Below are positions 27,230 to 38,490 of a stretch of DNA of 59,505 bases, one piece after another. A program made the position numbers and the translations under genes. The stretch is from Bacilli bacterium. GTDB taxonomy: Bacteria; Bacillota_I; Bacilli_A; ML615J-28; CAG-698. The stretch is from contig JAZNJG010000189.1 of NCBI GenBank assembly GCA_045577945.1, positions 1-59,505 on the forward strand. The letters are read 5' to 3'. Below the pieces are notes generated by a model. That model worked only from the letters and a program-made list of their open reading frames with translations. It searched no databases and was not told where the DNA came from. The first letter of the stretch is position 1; each line of letters opens with the position of its first letter.

Positions 27230-28060
27230 ATGGCAATTAAAAAATACAATCCTACAACAAACGGCCGTCGTAATATGTCTACATTAGCAAATGAAGAAAT
27301 TACTACGAGCACTCCTGAGAAGAGTTTATTAGCTCCTCTTACTAAAAAAGGTGGCCGTAATAATACTGGTAGAATTACTGTTCGTCATCAAGGCGGCGGT
27401 GCTAAGAGAAAATATCGTATCATCGATTTCAAGAGAAATAAAGATGGTATCGTTGGAACTATCGCAACAATTGAATACGATCCAAATAGATCAGCTAACA
27501 TTTGCTTAGTTAACTATTTAGATGGTGAAAAGAGATACATTCTTGCTCCAAAAGGAATTAAAGTTGGAGATAAAATCGTTTCTGGTGAAAATGCTGACAT
27601 CCGTGTTGGTAATGCATTACCATTAGATAAAATCCCTGTTGGTACAATTATTCACAATATTGAAATGTATGCAGGACATGGCGGACAATTAGTAAGATCT
27701 GCTGGTGCTAGCGCTCAAATCCTTGGACGTGAAGGCAAATATGTTATCATCAGATTAACAAGTGGTGAAGTTCGTAAATTACTAGGAAATTGTCGTGCAA
27801 CAATCGGTGAAATCGGAAACGCTGATCACATGAATGTTAACATTGGTAAAGCTGGTAGAAAACGTCATATGGTTATCAATTCTACTGTTCGTGGTTCTGT
27901 TATGAATCCTAACGATCACCCTCATGGTGGTGGTGAAGGTAGAACTCCAGTTGGTAGAAAAGCTCCACTTACTCCATGGGGTAAGATTGCTTTAGGTTTG
28001 AAAACTCGTAAAACTAAGAAAAAATCTAACGACTTAATCGTAAGACGTCGTAATGGTTAG
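27230..28060 (+). CDS. rplB: 50S ribosomal protein L2
   Basis: [17 protein letters not shown] and [13 protein letters not shown]. Confidence 0.99.
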   Translation: MAIKKYNPTTNGRRNMSTLANEEITTSTPEKSLLAPLTKKGGRNNTGRITVRHQGGGAKRKYRIIDFKRNKDGIVGTIATIEYDPNRSANICLVNYLDGEKRYILAPKGIKVGDKIVSGENADIRVGNALPLDKIPVGTIIHNIEMYAGHGGQLVRSAGASAQILGREGKYVIIRLTSGEVRKLLGNCRATIGEIGNADHMNVNIGKAGRKRHMVINSTVRGSVMNPNDHPHGGGEGRTPVGRKAPLTPWGKIALGLKTRKTKKKSNDLIVRRRNG

Positions 28061-28076
28061 AAAGGGGAATAAATAA

Positions 28077-28346
28077 ATGGCACGCTCACTTAAAAAAGGA
28101 CCTTTCATTGATGAACATTTAATGAAAAAGGTTGAAGCACAAACTGAAGCTAATAAAAAGGTTATACAAACTTGGTCACGTCGTTCAACAATATTCCCTG
28201 CGTTTATTGGACGTACAATCGCTGTATATAATGGTAAAGTACATGTTCCTGTATATGTTACAGAAGACATGGTTGGTCATAAATTAGGAGAATTCGCTCC
28301 AACTAGAACTTACCGTGGACACGGTAAAGATAAGAAATCTAATTAA
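28077..28346 (+). CDS. rpsS: 30S ribosomal protein S19
   Basis: RSLKKGPF and [11 protein letters not shown]. Confidence 0.99.
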   Translation: MARSLKKGPFIDEHLMKKVEAQTEANKKVIQTWSRRSTIFPAFIGRTIAVYNGKVHVPVYVTEDMVGHKLGEFAPTRTYRGHGKDKKSN

Positions 28347-28359
28347 GGAGGATTAAATA

Positions 28360-28710
28360 ATGGAAGGACAAATTAAAGAAGCTAAATGCACAGCTAAAAC
28401 TATCCGTATTACTCCTCGTAAAGCTAGATTAGTTATTGACTTAGTAAGAGGCAAAAATGCTGCTGATGCTGCTGCAATTTTAAAATTAACTCCAAATGCT
28501 GCATCTGTTGCAATCAACAAAGTTTTAACATCTGCCGCTGCTAACGCTGTTAATAATTTCCATATGGATAAAGCAAAATTATTTGTTAAAGAAGCATTCG
28601 TAAACGAAGGCCCTACAATGAAGAGATTCTTGCCTAGAGCTAAGGGAAGTGCTGACAGATTACTAAAAAGAACATGTCATATCACAATTGTTCTTGCGGA
28701 AAGAAATTAG
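28360..28710 (+). CDS. rplV: 50S ribosomal protein L22
   Basis: PRKARLV, SAAANA and PRAKG. Confidence 0.99.
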   Translation: MEGQIKEAKCTAKTIRITPRKARLVIDLVRGKNAADAAAILKLTPNAASVAINKVLTSAAANAVNNFHMDKAKLFVKEAFVNEGPTMKRFLPRAKGSADRLLKRTCHITIVLAERN

Positions 28711-28719
28711 GAGGAATTT

Positions 28720-29415
28720 ATGGGTCAAAAAGTTAATCCAATAGGTTTACGTATAGGTGTTATTAAAGATTGGGAATCTAAATGGTATGCTAATAAAAAA
28801 GAAGTAGCTGATTTATTACAAGAAGACATTAAGATCCGCAAAGCTGTTTATAAATATTATGAAGAACTTCCAACTGGACGTGAAGACCAAAAAGGTCCAA
28901 ACGATCATGGAATTTCTAAAATTGAAATCGAAAGAACTAAGACTAAAGTTATGTTAACAGTTTACACAATGAAACCTGGTTTCATCATTGGTAAAGATGC
29001 TGCTAACAAAACTAATTTAGTTAAATTATTAGAAAAAATGACTGGAAAAATTTTCTATTTATCAGTTGTTGAAGTTGCAAATCCATATATCGATGCAACA
29101 TTAGTTGCTCGTAACATTGCAAAACAACTTGAAAACAGAGCATCATTCCGTCGTGTACAAAAGAAAGCAATTCAAGACGCTATGAAAGCTGGCGCTAAAG
29201 GAATTAAAACTTCTATCTCTGGTCGTTTAGGTGGAGCAGAAATGGCTCGTCGTGAAGGATACAGTGAAGGTACAGTTCCACTACATACTTTAAGAGCAGA
29301 CATCGATTATGCAACTGCTGAAGCTAATACTACTTATGGTAAATTAGGTATTAAAGTATGGATTTGTAAAGGAATCGTTTTACCAGCTAAAAAACAAACT
29401 AAGGAGGCTAAATAA
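28720..29415 (+). CDS. rpsC: 30S ribosomal protein S3
   Basis: [18 protein letters not shown] and [11 protein letters not shown]. Confidence 0.99.
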   Translation: MGQKVNPIGLRIGVIKDWESKWYANKKEVADLLQEDIKIRKAVYKYYEELPTGREDQKGPNDHGISKIEIERTKTKVMLTVYTMKPGFIIGKDAANKTNLVKLLEKMTGKIFYLSVVEVANPYIDATLVARNIAKQLENRASFRRVQKKAIQDAMKAGAKGIKTSISGRLGGAEMARREGYSEGTVPLHTLRADIDYATAEANTTYGKLGIKVWICKGIVLPAKKQTKEAK

Positions 29416-29417
29416 TT

Positions 29418-29837
29418 ATGTTAATGCCTAAAAGAACAAAGTTCCGTAGACCTCATAGAGTTAGTTATGAAGGTAAAGCTAAAGGAGCTAAGAAAGTAGA
29501 TTTTGGAGATTACGGATTACAATCTCTTGAAGGTTCATGGATTACAGCTGCTCAAATTGAAGCTGCTCGTATTGCTATGACTCGTTTTATGAAACGTGAA
29601 GGTAGTGTATGGATTAGAATTTTCCCACACATCGCTCAAACTCATAAACCTCTAGAAGTACGTATGGGAGGCGGTAAAGGTTCTCCAGACGGTTATGTTG
29701 CTGTTGTAAAAAGAGGAACAGTTATGTTTGAAATTGGTGGAGTTAGTGAAGCAGTTGCTCGCGAAGCATTAAGATTAGCAGCTCATAAATTACCAGTTGC
29801 AACAAAGATTATTACCAAAGAAAGTGGTGCAGAATAA
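29418..29837 (+). CDS. rplP: 50S ribosomal protein L16
   Basis: [14 protein letters not shown] and RMGGGKG. Confidence 0.99.
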   Translation: MLMPKRTKFRRPHRVSYEGKAKGAKKVDFGDYGLQSLEGSWITAAQIEAARIAMTRFMKREGSVWIRIFPHIAQTHKPLEVRMGGGKGSPDGYVAVVKRGTVMFEIGGVSEAVAREALRLAAHKLPVATKIITKESGAE

Positions 29838-30076
29838 TGGCTAAAAAAGAAGTGAAAAAAGAAACATCTAGAAAAGAGACTGAAATGGAAAAAATCCAAA
29901 AGTTAGATGATGCCACTATTTTAAAGAACATTGACAATTTAAAGAAAGAATTATTTAACTTACGCTTTCAATCTGCAGTTGGAAAATTAGAAAATACTGA
30001 CAGAATTAGTAAAGCAAAGAAAGCAATTGCACGTATGAAAACTGTTTTAACACAACGTGCTAATGCGAGTAAATAA
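29837..30076 (+). CDS. rpmC: 50S ribosomal protein L29 (N-terminally extended)
   Basis: [11 protein letters not shown]...IARMKT; operon position. Confidence 0.97.
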   Translation: MAKKEVKKETSRKETEMEKIQKLDDATILKNIDNLKKELFNLRFQSAVGKLENTDRISKAKKAIARMKTVLTQRANASK

Positions 30077-30090
30077 GGAGGCTCTCTATT

Positions 30091-30351
30091 ATGGAAAGAA
30101 ATAGTCGTAAAGTTTATATCGGTAAAGTTGTTTCAATCAAAGAAGAAAAAACAATTAAAGTATTAGTTACTACATATCGTAAACATCCATTATATGGAAA
30201 ACGTGTTGAATATTCAAAGAAGTTTACTGCTCATGATGAAAATAATGATGCTAAAATGGGAGATAAAGTTAAAATTATGGAAACTAGACCATTATCAAAA
30301 ACTAAGAATTTCCGTTTAGTTGAAATTATTGAAAGAGCTGTACAACTATAA
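30091..30351 (+). CDS. rpsQ: 30S ribosomal protein S17
   Basis: HPLYGK, AHDE and ETRPLSKTK. Confidence 0.99.
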   Translation: MERNSRKVYIGKVVSIKEEKTIKVLVTTYRKHPLYGKRVEYSKKFTAHDENNDAKMGDKVKIMETRPLSKTKNFRLVEIIERAVQL

Positions 30352-30363
30352 GGAGGCTAAGTT

Positions 30364-30732
30364 ATGATACAACAAGAATCAAGACTTAAAGTAGCTGACA
30401 ACTCTGGTGCAAAAGAAATCTTAACTATTAAGGTTTTAGGTGGCACAAGACGTAAATATGCTAACATCGGTGATATTATTGTTGCAACTGTTAAATCAGC
30501 AACTCCTGGTGGTTTAGTTAAAAAAGGTGAAGTTATTAAAGCTGTAATCGTTAGAACAAAGAGCGGTTTGAGAAGAAAAGACGGAAGTTATATCAAATTT
30601 GATGATAACGCTGCAGTAATCATTCGTGATGACAAAACTCCAAAAGGTACTCGTATCTTTGGTCCTGTTGCTCGTGAATTACGTGACAAGGATTTCATGA
30701 AGATTATCTCTCTAGCTCCAGAAGTTCTATAA
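30364..30732 (+). CDS. rplN: 50S ribosomal protein L14
   Basis: [15 protein letters not shown] and SLAPEVL. Confidence 0.99.
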   Translation: MIQQESRLKVADNSGAKEILTIKVLGGTRRKYANIGDIIVATVKSATPGGLVKKGEVIKAVIVRTKSGLRRKDGSYIKFDDNAAVIIRDDKTPKGTRIFGPVARELRDKDFMKIISLAPEVL

Positions 30733-30742
30733 GGAGGGTCCT

Positions 30743-31063
30743 ATGTTTATTAAAAAAGGTGATATGGTACAAGTAATCAGCGGTGACAGTAAAGGCACTA
30801 CTGGTAAAGTATTAAAAGTATTAGTTAAAGAACAAAAAGTAGTTGTTGAAGGTGTTAATAAAGTTAGCCGTCACACTCGTCCAAATAATGAATATCCAGA
30901 AGGTGGAATTATTCAAAAAGAAGCTCCTATTGCTATCTCTAACGTTATGTTCTATGAAGTTGTTGATGGTAAAGGACAAACTACAAGAATTGGCTACAAA
31001 ATGAATGCGAAAGGTAAAAAAGTTCGTTATTCAATTAAGAGCGGAAAGGAACTTGATAAATAA
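30743..31063 (+). CDS. rplX: 50S ribosomal protein L24
   Basis: KOW motif [17 protein letters not shown] and EAPI. Confidence 0.98.
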   Translation: MFIKKGDMVQVISGDSKGTTGKVLKVLVKEQKVVVEGVNKVSRHTRPNNEYPEGGIIQKEAPIAISNVMFYEVVDGKGQTTRIGYKMNAKGKKVRYSIKSGKELDK

Positions 31064-31065
31064 TT

Positions 31066-31605
31066 ATGAATAGACTATTAGCTCATTATAATGAAAATGT
31101 TAAACCAGAATTAATTAAGACTTTTGGTTATACTTCAGTTATGCAAGCTCCTAAGATTGATAAAATCGTAGTTAATATGGGTGTTGGTGATGCTATCGTT
31201 AATTCTAAAGTTTTAGATGCTGCAGTTGAAGATTTAACTGCAATCACTGGTCAAAAACCTGTTATTACTAAAGCTAAAAAATCAATCGCTGCTTTCAAAC
31301 TTCGTGAAGGCGTTGCTATTGGATGTAAAGTTACTCTTCGTGGTGAAAGAATGTATGAATTCTTCGATAAATTAGTTTCTATTGCTCTTCCAAGAGTTCG
31401 TGACTTCCGTGGATTAAGCAAAGACTCATTTGATGGTCGTGGAAATTATACTTTAGGTATTAAAGAACAATTGATTTTCCCAGAAATCAACTTTGATAAA
31501 GTATTAAAAGTTCGTGGTATGGATATCGTAGTAGTTACAACTGCTAAGACTGATAACGAAGCTCGCGAATTATTAAAACTTATGGGAATGCCATTTAAAA
31601 AGTAA
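31066..31605 (+). CDS. rplE: 50S ribosomal protein L5
   Basis: [18 protein letters not shown] and FDGRGNY. Confidence 0.99.
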   Translation: MNRLLAHYNENVKPELIKTFGYTSVMQAPKIDKIVVNMGVGDAIVNSKVLDAAVEDLTAITGQKPVITKAKKSIAAFKLREGVAIGCKVTLRGERMYEFFDKLVSIALPRVRDFRGLSKDSFDGRGNYTLGIKEQLIFPEINFDKVLKVRGMDIVVVTTAKTDNEARELLKLMGMPFKK

Positions 31606-31621
31606 ATAAAGGAGTCTTATC

Positions 31622-31807
31622 ATGGCAAAAACATCGTTAAAAATTAAAAATCATCGTACACCTAAATTCAAGGTAAGAGAATATACTAGATGTGAACGCT
31701 GCGGACGTCCTCACTCTGTATTTCGTAAATTTAAATTATGCCGTCTATGTTTTAGAGAGTTAGCGTACAAGGGAGAAATTCCTGGCGTTACTAAATCTAG
31801 TTGGTAG
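31622..31807 (+). CDS. rpsN: 30S ribosomal protein S14, zinc-binding (type Z, 61 aa)
   Basis: RCERCGR...LCRLCFRE...SSW. Confidence 0.98.
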   Translation: MAKTSLKIKNHRTPKFKVREYTRCERCGRPHSVFRKFKLCRLCFRELAYKGEIPGVTKSSW

Positions 31808-31821
31808 GAAGGAGTCTAATT

Positions 31822-32235
31822 ATGGGAATGACTGATCCAATTGCTGATATGCTTACTCGTATTCGTAATGCTAACCAAGCTAAACACGAAAAAGTAGAAA
31901 TGTCAGTATCAAAAGCAAAATTAGAAATTTTAGAAGTTATTAAAAAAGAAGGATATATCGCTGGTTATGAAGTTCTTGAAAGAGAATTAAAAAATCATAG
32001 ATTAGAAAAATATATTCAAGTTACATTAAAATATACTGATACTAAAGAAAGAGTTATTAAAGGCTTAAAACGCGTTTCTAAACCTGGTTTAAGAATTTAT
32101 GCAAAGGCTGAACAAATGCCAAAAGTATTTAATGGCTTAGGTATCGCTATTGTTTCAACATCAAATGGAGTTATGACTGATAGAGAAGCTCGCAAACAAA
32201 AAGTTGGCGGCGAAGTCATGGCATATGTTTGGTAG
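31822..32235 (+). CDS. rpsH: 30S ribosomal protein S8
   Basis: [12 protein letters not shown] and SKPGLR. True start is ATG 31822 after aaggag; the track's TTG at 31801 is too early. Confidence 0.98.
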   Translation: MGMTDPIADMLTRIRNANQAKHEKVEMSVSKAKLEILEVIKKEGYIAGYEVLERELKNHRLEKYIQVTLKYTDTKERVIKGLKRVSKPGLRIYAKAEQMPKVFNGLGIAIVSTSNGVMTDREARKQKVGGEVMAYVW

Positions 32236-32244
32236 GAGGATACT

Positions 32245-32784
32245 ATGTCTAGAGTCGGTAATAAATTAATCGTTTTACAAGAAAATGTATCTGTTGATGT
32301 ACAAGCTGAAAACGTAGTTGTAGTTAAAGGTCCTAACGGAGAATTAAGCGCTAAATTCGCTCCAGAAATGCAAATTAACGTTGAAGGCAATACAGTTAAA
32401 GTTGTACGCCCTAATGATTCTATTAAAATGAAAACTTTACATGGAACTACAAGAGCATTATTAAATAATATGGTTGTTGGTGTTTCTAAAGGTTTTGAAA
32501 AAGTTTTAGTTATGGAAGGCGTTGGATATAAGATGGTTCTTGAAGGGAAAAAATTGGTTGTATATGCTGGTTATTCTCACACTTGTCCACTTGATATTCC
32601 TGAAGGTGTAACAGTTAAATTAGTTAATGCGACTGAAGCTAATATTTCAGGTGCTAATAAAGAAGTTGTTGGTCAATTTGCTGCAACAGTTAGAGCAATC
32701 AGAGGACCAGAACCTTACTTAGGAAAAGGTATTCGTTACAAGGATGAAGTTATCCGTCGTAAAGAAGGAAAGAAAAATAAGTAG
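32245..32784 (+). CDS. rplF: 50S ribosomal protein L6
   Basis: MSRVG, VKGPNG and PEPYLGKGIRY. Confidence 0.99.
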   Translation: MSRVGNKLIVLQENVSVDVQAENVVVVKGPNGELSAKFAPEMQINVEGNTVKVVRPNDSIKMKTLHGTTRALLNNMVVGVSKGFEKVLVMEGVGYKMVLEGKKLVVYAGYSHTCPLDIPEGVTVKLVNATEANISGANKEVVGQFAATVRAIRGPEPYLGKGIRYKDEVIRRKEGKKNK

Positions 32785-32801
32785 AAAGGAGTGTATGAGT
32801 A

Positions 32802-33164
32802 GTGGTTACAAAAAAATCGCGTAATGTATCGCGTCAAAAACGTCATTTAAGAGTTCGTAAGAACATAGTTGGAACATCTACTTTACCTCGTTTAAATGTG
32901 TTCAGATCAAATCAACACATTTATGCTCAAATTATCAATGACGAATTACATACAACATTAGTATGTGCTTCTTCAAATGATAAAGAATTAAAATTAGAAA
33001 ATGGCTCTAATATCGAAGCTGCTAAACAAGTTGGTGCTTTAGTTGCTAAGAGAGCTTTAGAACAAAATATTAAAGCTGTAGTATTTGACCGCGGTGGATA
33101 TTTATATCACGGACGTGTTAAAGCTTTAGCTGAAGGTGCTCGTGAAGCAGGATTAGAGTTCTAG
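32802..33164 (+). CDS. rplR: 50S ribosomal protein L18
   Basis: PRLNVFRSN and [12 protein letters not shown]; GTG start. Confidence 0.99.
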   Translation: MVTKKSRNVSRQKRHLRVRKNIVGTSTLPRLNVFRSNQHIYAQIINDELHTTLVCASSNDKELKLENGSNIEAAKQVGALVAKRALEQNIKAVVFDRGGYLYHGRVKALAEGAREAGLEF

Positions 33165-33171
33165 GAGGTTA

Positions 33172-33708
33172 ATGATGCGTCAAGATAAAGAAAACAAAAA
33201 GCAAAACAAAAAAGAAGAAGCTGTTGTTGAAAAAGAATTTGAAGAACGTGTTGTAAGCATCAACCATGTTACAAAAGTTGTAAAAGGTGGTCGTAGATAC
33301 CGTTTCAGCGCAGTAGTTGTTGTTGGCGATAAGAAAGGCCGCGTTGGTCTTGGAACTGGAAAAGCTATCGAAGTTCCTGATGCAATCAGTAAAGCAGTTG
33401 AAGATGCTAAGAAAAATTTAATTAATGTTCCAATCATTGATACAACAATCCCTCACCAAATTACAGGTGTTTGGGGAGCTGGTAAAGTATTCTTAAAACC
33501 TGCTCCTGCTGGTACTGGAGTTATCGCTGGTGGTCCTGTACGTGCCGTTGTTGAACTTGCTGGAATTTCAAATATTTTATCAAAATCATTAGGTTCAAGT
33601 ACACCAATCAATATTGTTAGAGCTACAATTAAAGGTTTATCTGAATTAAGAACAGTTGAACAAGTAGCTGCAATTAGAGGACTTGATCCAAAGGATATTT
33701 TGGGGTAA
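33172..33708 (+). CDS. rpsE: 30S ribosomal protein S5
   Basis: KVVKGGR and [10 protein letters not shown]. Confidence 0.99.
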   Translation: MMRQDKENKKQNKKEEAVVEKEFEERVVSINHVTKVVKGGRRYRFSAVVVVGDKKGRVGLGTGKAIEVPDAISKAVEDAKKNLINVPIIDTTIPHQITGVWGAGKVFLKPAPAGTGVIAGGPVRAVVELAGISNILSKSLGSSTPINIVRATIKGLSELRTVEQVAAIRGLDPKDILG

Positions 33709-33714
33709 TTAATT

Positions 33715-33900
33715 ATGGCAGAAAAAACAATTACAATTAAATTAGTTAAAAGTGCTTATGGTCGTAAACCAAATCAAACAGGTACTCTTAAAGCTTTAGG
33801 ATTATCTAAAATAAACCAAGTTGTTACTAAACCTGACAACGATGCAGTCAGAGGTATGGTTGCTACAGTTGCTCATTTAGTAGAAGTACTTGATAAGTAG
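33715..33900 (+). CDS. rpmD: 50S ribosomal protein L30
   Basis: LKALGL...RGMV...HLV; operon position. Confidence 0.97.
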   Translation: MAEKTITIKLVKSAYGRKPNQTGTLKALGLSKINQVVTKPDNDAVRGMVATVAHLVEVLDK

Positions 33901-33909
33901 GAGGCTATA

Positions 33910-34380
33910 ATGAACGAAAAACAAGTTACATTATTACAAATGCATAATTTAAAGGCTAACGAAGGCGCAAGACATGCGAAAAAACGCGTTGGTCGTGGAA
34001 CTGGAAGTGGACACGGAAAGACTGCTGGACGTGGACATAAAGGTCAAAATGCTCGTAGCGGTGGCGGAGTTCGTACTGCTTACGAAGGTGGACAAACACC
34101 TTTATTCAAACGTATTCCTAAACGTGGATTTACAAATGTTAACAGAGTAGAATATACAGTAGTTAATATTTGCGAATTTGCTTGTGAATGCTTTAAACCT
34201 GGTGATGTAATTACTAAAGAAGTATTAGTTGAAAAAGGTTTAATTAAAAAGAACGTTGAATTAGTTAAAATTTTAGGTGATGGAAAACTAGATAAAGCTC
34301 TAGTAGTTAAAGCTAATAAATTTTCTAAATCAGCTGAAAAAGCGATTGTTGATGCTGGTGGAAGTATTGAGGTAATTTAA
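33910..34380 (+). CDS. rplO: 50S ribosomal protein L15
   Basis: [20 protein letters not shown] and PKRGF. Confidence 0.99.
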   Translation: MNEKQVTLLQMHNLKANEGARHAKKRVGRGTGSGHGKTAGRGHKGQNARSGGGVRTAYEGGQTPLFKRIPKRGFTNVNRVEYTVVNICEFACECFKPGDVITKEVLVEKGLIKKNVELVKILGDGKLDKALVVKANKFSKSAEKAIVDAGGSIEVI

Positions 34381-34381
34381 T

Positions 34382-35668
34382 ATGGAACCAAAAAATAAAA
34401 AATTATTATTTGGTTTGATTTTCACTGTTCTAATTTTAGGTGTATATAGATTAGGTTATTTTATCCAATTACCATATATTAGAATGGAAAATGTAACTGC
34501 AATGTTTACATCTGGTGAATCTATGTTTGGTTTCTTAGATATCTTCAGTGGAGGTGCTCTATCTAACTTCTCTATCGTTGCGCTAGGTGTAACACCATTC
34601 ATTACTGCTTCAATCGTTACTCAATTATTACAAATGGACATTGTTCCTGCACTTAAAGAATGGGCTGAAGAAGGCGAAAGCGGAAAACAAAAAATCAATA
34701 CATTGAATAAATATTTAGCAATTGGTTTAGCTTTTGTTCAAGCTTTAACAATCGTTCTAGGTGTTTCTGTATCTTACAATGATGTATTCTTTGGTTTAGG
34801 TACACCTGAAGGTACATTCAAATATGTTTATTTAGCAATCGTTATGACTGCTGGTACAGCATTTGTTTTATGGTTAGCAGATTTAATTACAGCTAAAGGT
34901 ATTGGAAATGGTACATCATTAATGATCGTTGCTGGTATTATTGCTAGTTATCCTGATATGATCAATGACTTATTAAATAGTTATTTATTCGTTGAAGATG
35001 CTGGTGCTAAAGAAATTCTTACATTCGTGGGAGTTATCGTATTAATGTTAGCAATTATCATAGGAGTTGTTTTCATGGAAGCTGCTCAAAGAAAAATTCC
35101 TATCCAATATTCAAACAGATCTAACGCCGGAACATTTAGAGGAAGAAACGACTCTAACATTCCAATTAAACTTAATAGTGCATCTGTAATTCCAGTTATT
35201 TTTGCATCAACATTAATGAGTTTACCAACTACAGTTGCAAACTTCATTACTAACACTGCTGTTAAAAATGTTTTAGATGCAATCTTTAATACAAGTAGAC
35301 CAATCGGTTTCGTTGTATATATCGTATTAATCGTATTATTCACATTCTTCTATTCATTCTTACAAATGAACCCAGAACAAATGGCTGATAACTTACAAAA
35401 ACAATCAGCACATATTCCTGGTATCCGTCCTGGAGAAGAAACAAGATCTTATATTTCACGTGTATTATTTAAAGTTAATGTATTAGGTGCTACTTATTTA
35501 GCAGTTCTTGCAGCATTACCAATCTTATTAACTAATCTATTAGGTTTACCTGCTTCAGTGCAAATCGGTGGAACTGGATTAATTATCGTTGTTGGTGTGG
35601 CAATTGAAACAGCAAAACAAATTAAGAGTGCTTCTGAAGAAAAAGAATACCGTGGATTTATTGAATAA
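34382..35668 (+). CDS. secY: Preprotein translocase subunit SecY
   Basis: FSGGA, LGVTPFITASI, GIGNG, IPGIRPG and GGTGLIIVVGV. Confidence 0.99.
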   Translation: MEPKNKKLLFGLIFTVLILGVYRLGYFIQLPYIRMENVTAMFTSGESMFGFLDIFSGGALSNFSIVALGVTPFITASIVTQLLQMDIVPALKEWAEEGESGKQKINTLNKYLAIGLAFVQALTIVLGVSVSYNDVFFGLGTPEGTFKYVYLAIVMTAGTAFVLWLADLITAKGIGNGTSLMIVAGIIASYPDMINDLLNSYLFVEDAGAKEILTFVGVIVLMLAIIIGVVFMEAAQRKIPIQYSNRSNAGTFRGRNDSNIPIKLNSASVIPVIFASTLMSLPTTVANFITNTAVKNVLDAIFNTSRPIGFVVYIVLIVLFTFFYSFLQMNPEQMADNLQKQSAHIPGIRPGEETRSYISRVLFKVNVLGATYLAVLAALPILLTNLLGLPASVQIGGTGLIIVVGVAIETAKQIKSASEEKEYRGFIE

Positions 35669-35739
35669 TATATTAAATATAAATTAAAATTTATAAAATT
35701 ATAAAATTATAGAATTTAGTTTCAGAAGAGGAGAATTTT

Positions 35740-36387
35740 ATGCGTTTATTAATTATGGGTGCTCCTGGTGCTGGTAAAGGTACACAAGCTGCACTTATTA
35801 AAGATTATTATAAAATTCCACATATTTCTACAGGAGATATGTTTAGAAGAGCTATTTCAGAAAAAACTCCTACAGGAATTTTAGCGAAATCATTTATTGA
35901 TAAAGGAGAATTAGTTCCAGACTCTGTTACTAACCAACTAGTTCGTGAAAGACTTCAAGAAGCTGACTGTCAAAACGGTTTTCTTCTTGATGGATATCCA
36001 CGTACATTAGTACAAGCTGAGGAACTTACAAAAATCCTTAATGATTTAAATATCAAACTTGATGCTGTTGTTGATGTTAAAGTTGATGATAGCTATCTAA
36101 TAGAAAGAATTACAGGTCGTCGTACATGTACTGAATGTGGAGAATCTTATCATATCGTTGCTAAGAAACCAAAAACAGAAGGTATCTGTGACAAATGTGG
36201 TTCTAAGTTAATTCAAAGAGCTGATGATGAAGAAGAAACTATAAAAAACAGATTAGCTGTTTATTATGCTAAAACTGAACCAGTTCTATCTTATTACGAA
36301 AAACAATCTTTAGTTAAAGGTGTTAACGGAATGGGTGGAATTAACGAAATTTTTGAAAATGTTAAAAAGGTTTTAGGAGATCTTTAA
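35740..36387 (+). CDS. adk: Adenylate kinase (Zn lid)
   Basis: [22 protein letters not shown] and CxxC..CxxC lid. Confidence 0.99.
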   Translation: MRLLIMGAPGAGKGTQAALIKDYYKIPHISTGDMFRRAISEKTPTGILAKSFIDKGELVPDSVTNQLVRERLQEADCQNGFLLDGYPRTLVQAEELTKILNDLNIKLDAVVDVKVDDSYLIERITGRRTCTECGESYHIVAKKPKTEGICDKCGSKLIQRADDEEETIKNRLAVYYAKTEPVLSYYEKQSLVKGVNGMGGINEIFENVKKVLGDL

Positions 36388-37163
36388 TGATAACAATAAA
36401 AAGTAATCGAGAAATCGAACTTATGGTAGAAGCTGGAAGAATTACAGCTCTTGCTCATCGAAAAGTAAAAGAGGCAATTCGTCCAGGAATTTCTACAATG
36501 GAATTAGATAAGATTGCTGAAGAGACAATTAGAGCTTGTGGAGCTACTCCTTCATTTAAAGGATATGGTGGTTTCCCAGGCTCAATATGTGCCTCAATAA
36601 ATAATGTTGTTATTCATGGTATACCTAAACAAACAACAATCTTAAAGAATGGTGATATTATCTCTGTTGATATTGGAGCTTGTTATAAAGGCTATCATGG
36701 AGATAGTGCGATGACACACGGGGTTGGTGTTGTTAGTGAAGCTAGACAAAAACTAATGGATGTTACAAAAGAATCTTTATTCAAAGGATTAGAAAAAGCC
36801 AAACCTGGAAATAGATTGTCAGATATTTCTCATGCTATAGAAGAGCATGTATTAAAACATGGATATTCAGTTGTTAAAGATTTTACAGGTCATGGGATTG
36901 GAAGAAATCTACATGAAGATCCCGCAATACCAAATTATGGAGCAGCTGGACATGGAGTATTATTAAAACCGGGAATGACATTGGCAATTGAACCAATGGT
37001 AAATGCCGGAAAATATCAAGTAAGAATTTTATCTGATGATTGGACAACTGTTACAGTTGACCGAAGTGATAGTGCCCATTTCGAACACACTATTGTGATA
37101 ACTGAAGATGGGTATAAGATATTAACAATCGAAAACGATCAAACTATTGAGGAGGATAATTAA
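36387..37163 (+). CDS. map: Methionine aminopeptidase type I
   Basis: HGIP, DIG...DSA, GHGIG..HE.P, AIEPM and AHFEHT. Confidence 0.99.
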   Translation: MITIKSNREIELMVEAGRITALAHRKVKEAIRPGISTMELDKIAEETIRACGATPSFKGYGGFPGSICASINNVVIHGIPKQTTILKNGDIISVDIGACYKGYHGDSAMTHGVGVVSEARQKLMDVTKESLFKGLEKAKPGNRLSDISHAIEEHVLKHGYSVVKDFTGHGIGRNLHEDPAIPNYGAAGHGVLLKPGMTLAIEPMVNAGKYQVRILSDDWTTVTVDRSDSAHFEHTIVITEDGYKILTIENDQTIEEDN

Positions 37164-37381
37164 TGTCTAAAAGTGATGTCATTGTTATGAAAGGAACAGT
37201 TACAGATGCATTACCAAATTCAATATTTAAAGTAACATTGGATAATGGACATCAAATAATTGCCCACGTTTCTGGTAAAATCCGCATGAACTTCATACAA
37301 ATTTTACCAGGTGATAAAGTAACTGTTGAAATGTCACCATACGATCTAACACGTGGACGTATTAAATATCGTGATAAATAG
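37163..37381 (+). CDS. infA: Translation initiation factor IF-1
   Basis: LPN..F.V.LDNG, SGKIR and [10 protein letters not shown]. Confidence 0.99.
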   Translation: MSKSDVIVMKGTVTDALPNSIFKVTLDNGHQIIAHVSGKIRMNFIQILPGDKVTVEMSPYDLTRGRIKYRDK

Positions 37382-37403
37382 ATAAATCGTGATAAATAGA
37401 TAA
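37368..37403 (+). repeat. Perfect 18-bp tandem duplication across the infA stop codon
   Basis: atcgtgataaatagataa at 37368-37385 and 37386-37403. Confidence 0.9.
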
Positions 37404-37472
37404 TTTAATGATTCAATAGAAAATTATTTTGAAATATTATCAAGAACGGTTTAATAAGGAGGATATAATAAA

Positions 37473-37586
37473 ATGAAGGTTAGACCATCTGTAAAACCAA
37501 TATGCGATAAATGTAAAGTTATAAAAAGACATGGGAAAGTCATGGTAATATGCGTGAACCCAAAACACAAACAAAGACAAGGATAA
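37473..37586 (+). CDS. rpmJ: 50S ribosomal protein L36 (Zn-binding form; absent from the ORF track)
   Basis: [37 protein letters not shown]; RBS aaggagg. Confidence 0.98.
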   Translation: MKVRPSVKPICDKCKVIKRHGKVMVICVNPKHKQRQG

Positions 37587-37603
37587 TTTAGGAGGATAAT
37601 AAT

Positions 37604-37969
37604 ATGGCACGTATTTCTGGTGTTGATATCCCTCGTGATAAGAGAATCGTTATTTCTCTTACATATATTTATGGTATCGGAAAACCAACTGCAAGTGAAA
37701 TTTTAAAGAAAGCTAACATTGATGAAAATAAACGCGTTAAAGATTTATCAGAAGAACAATTAGCAGCAATCAGACGTGAAGTTGCAAACTACACTGTTGA
37801 AGGTGATTTACGTCGTGAAGTTGCTATGAATATTAAAAGATTAATGGAAATCAATTGCTATAGAGGTGCTCGTCATCGTAAAGGACTTCCTGTAAGAGGT
37901 CAAAACACAAGATGTAATGCACGTACTCGTAAGGGTAAAGCTAAGACTGTAGCAAATAAGAAGAAGTAG
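37604..37969 (+). CDS. rpsM: 30S ribosomal protein S13
   Basis: MARISGV, IYGIG and LPVRGQ. Confidence 0.99.
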   Translation: MARISGVDIPRDKRIVISLTYIYGIGKPTASEILKKANIDENKRVKDLSEEQLAAIRREVANYTVEGDLRREVAMNIKRLMEINCYRGARHRKGLPVRGQNTRCNARTRKGKAKTVANKKK

Positions 37970-37981
37970 GAGGCTTTAAAA

Positions 37982-38365
37982 ATGGCTCGTAAAATTCGTA
38001 AACGTAAAATTAAAAAGAGTATACCTCTTGGGTTAGCTCATATTCATTCTACATTCAATAACACTATCGTTACTATCACTGATCCAGACGGAAATGCAAT
38101 TGCATGGAGCAGTGCTGGTGCATTAGGATTCAAAGGAAGTAAAAAATCTACACCATTTGCTGCTAGCCAAGCATCTGAAGCTTGTGCAAAAGCTGCATTA
38201 GATAACGGTGTAGTTAAAGTTGAAGTTTCTGTTAAAGGACCTGGTCCTGGTAGAGAAGCTGCAATTAGAAGCTTACAAGTAGCTGGACTTGAAATTACAT
38301 CAATCAAAGATGTAACTCCAATTCCTCACAATGGATGTCGTCCTCCAAAGAAACCTAGAGGATAA
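37982..38365 (+). CDS. rpsK: 30S ribosomal protein S11
   Basis: STFNNT, KSTPFAA and [14 protein letters not shown]. Confidence 0.99.
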   Translation: MARKIRKRKIKKSIPLGLAHIHSTFNNTIVTITDPDGNAIAWSSAGALGFKGSKKSTPFAASQASEACAKAALDNGVVKVEVSVKGPGPGREAAIRSLQVAGLEITSIKDVTPIPHNGCRPPKKPRG

Positions 38366-38490
38366 TTTGATAATTGTACAATTATAATTTATATATTTAT
38401 ATATAGTATTATAAGAGAAGCGGTTAGTTCTAAATAATAAAGAAGAATTGAGAAATTTGATAATTATATAAATTTAAAAGGAGGAAACGA

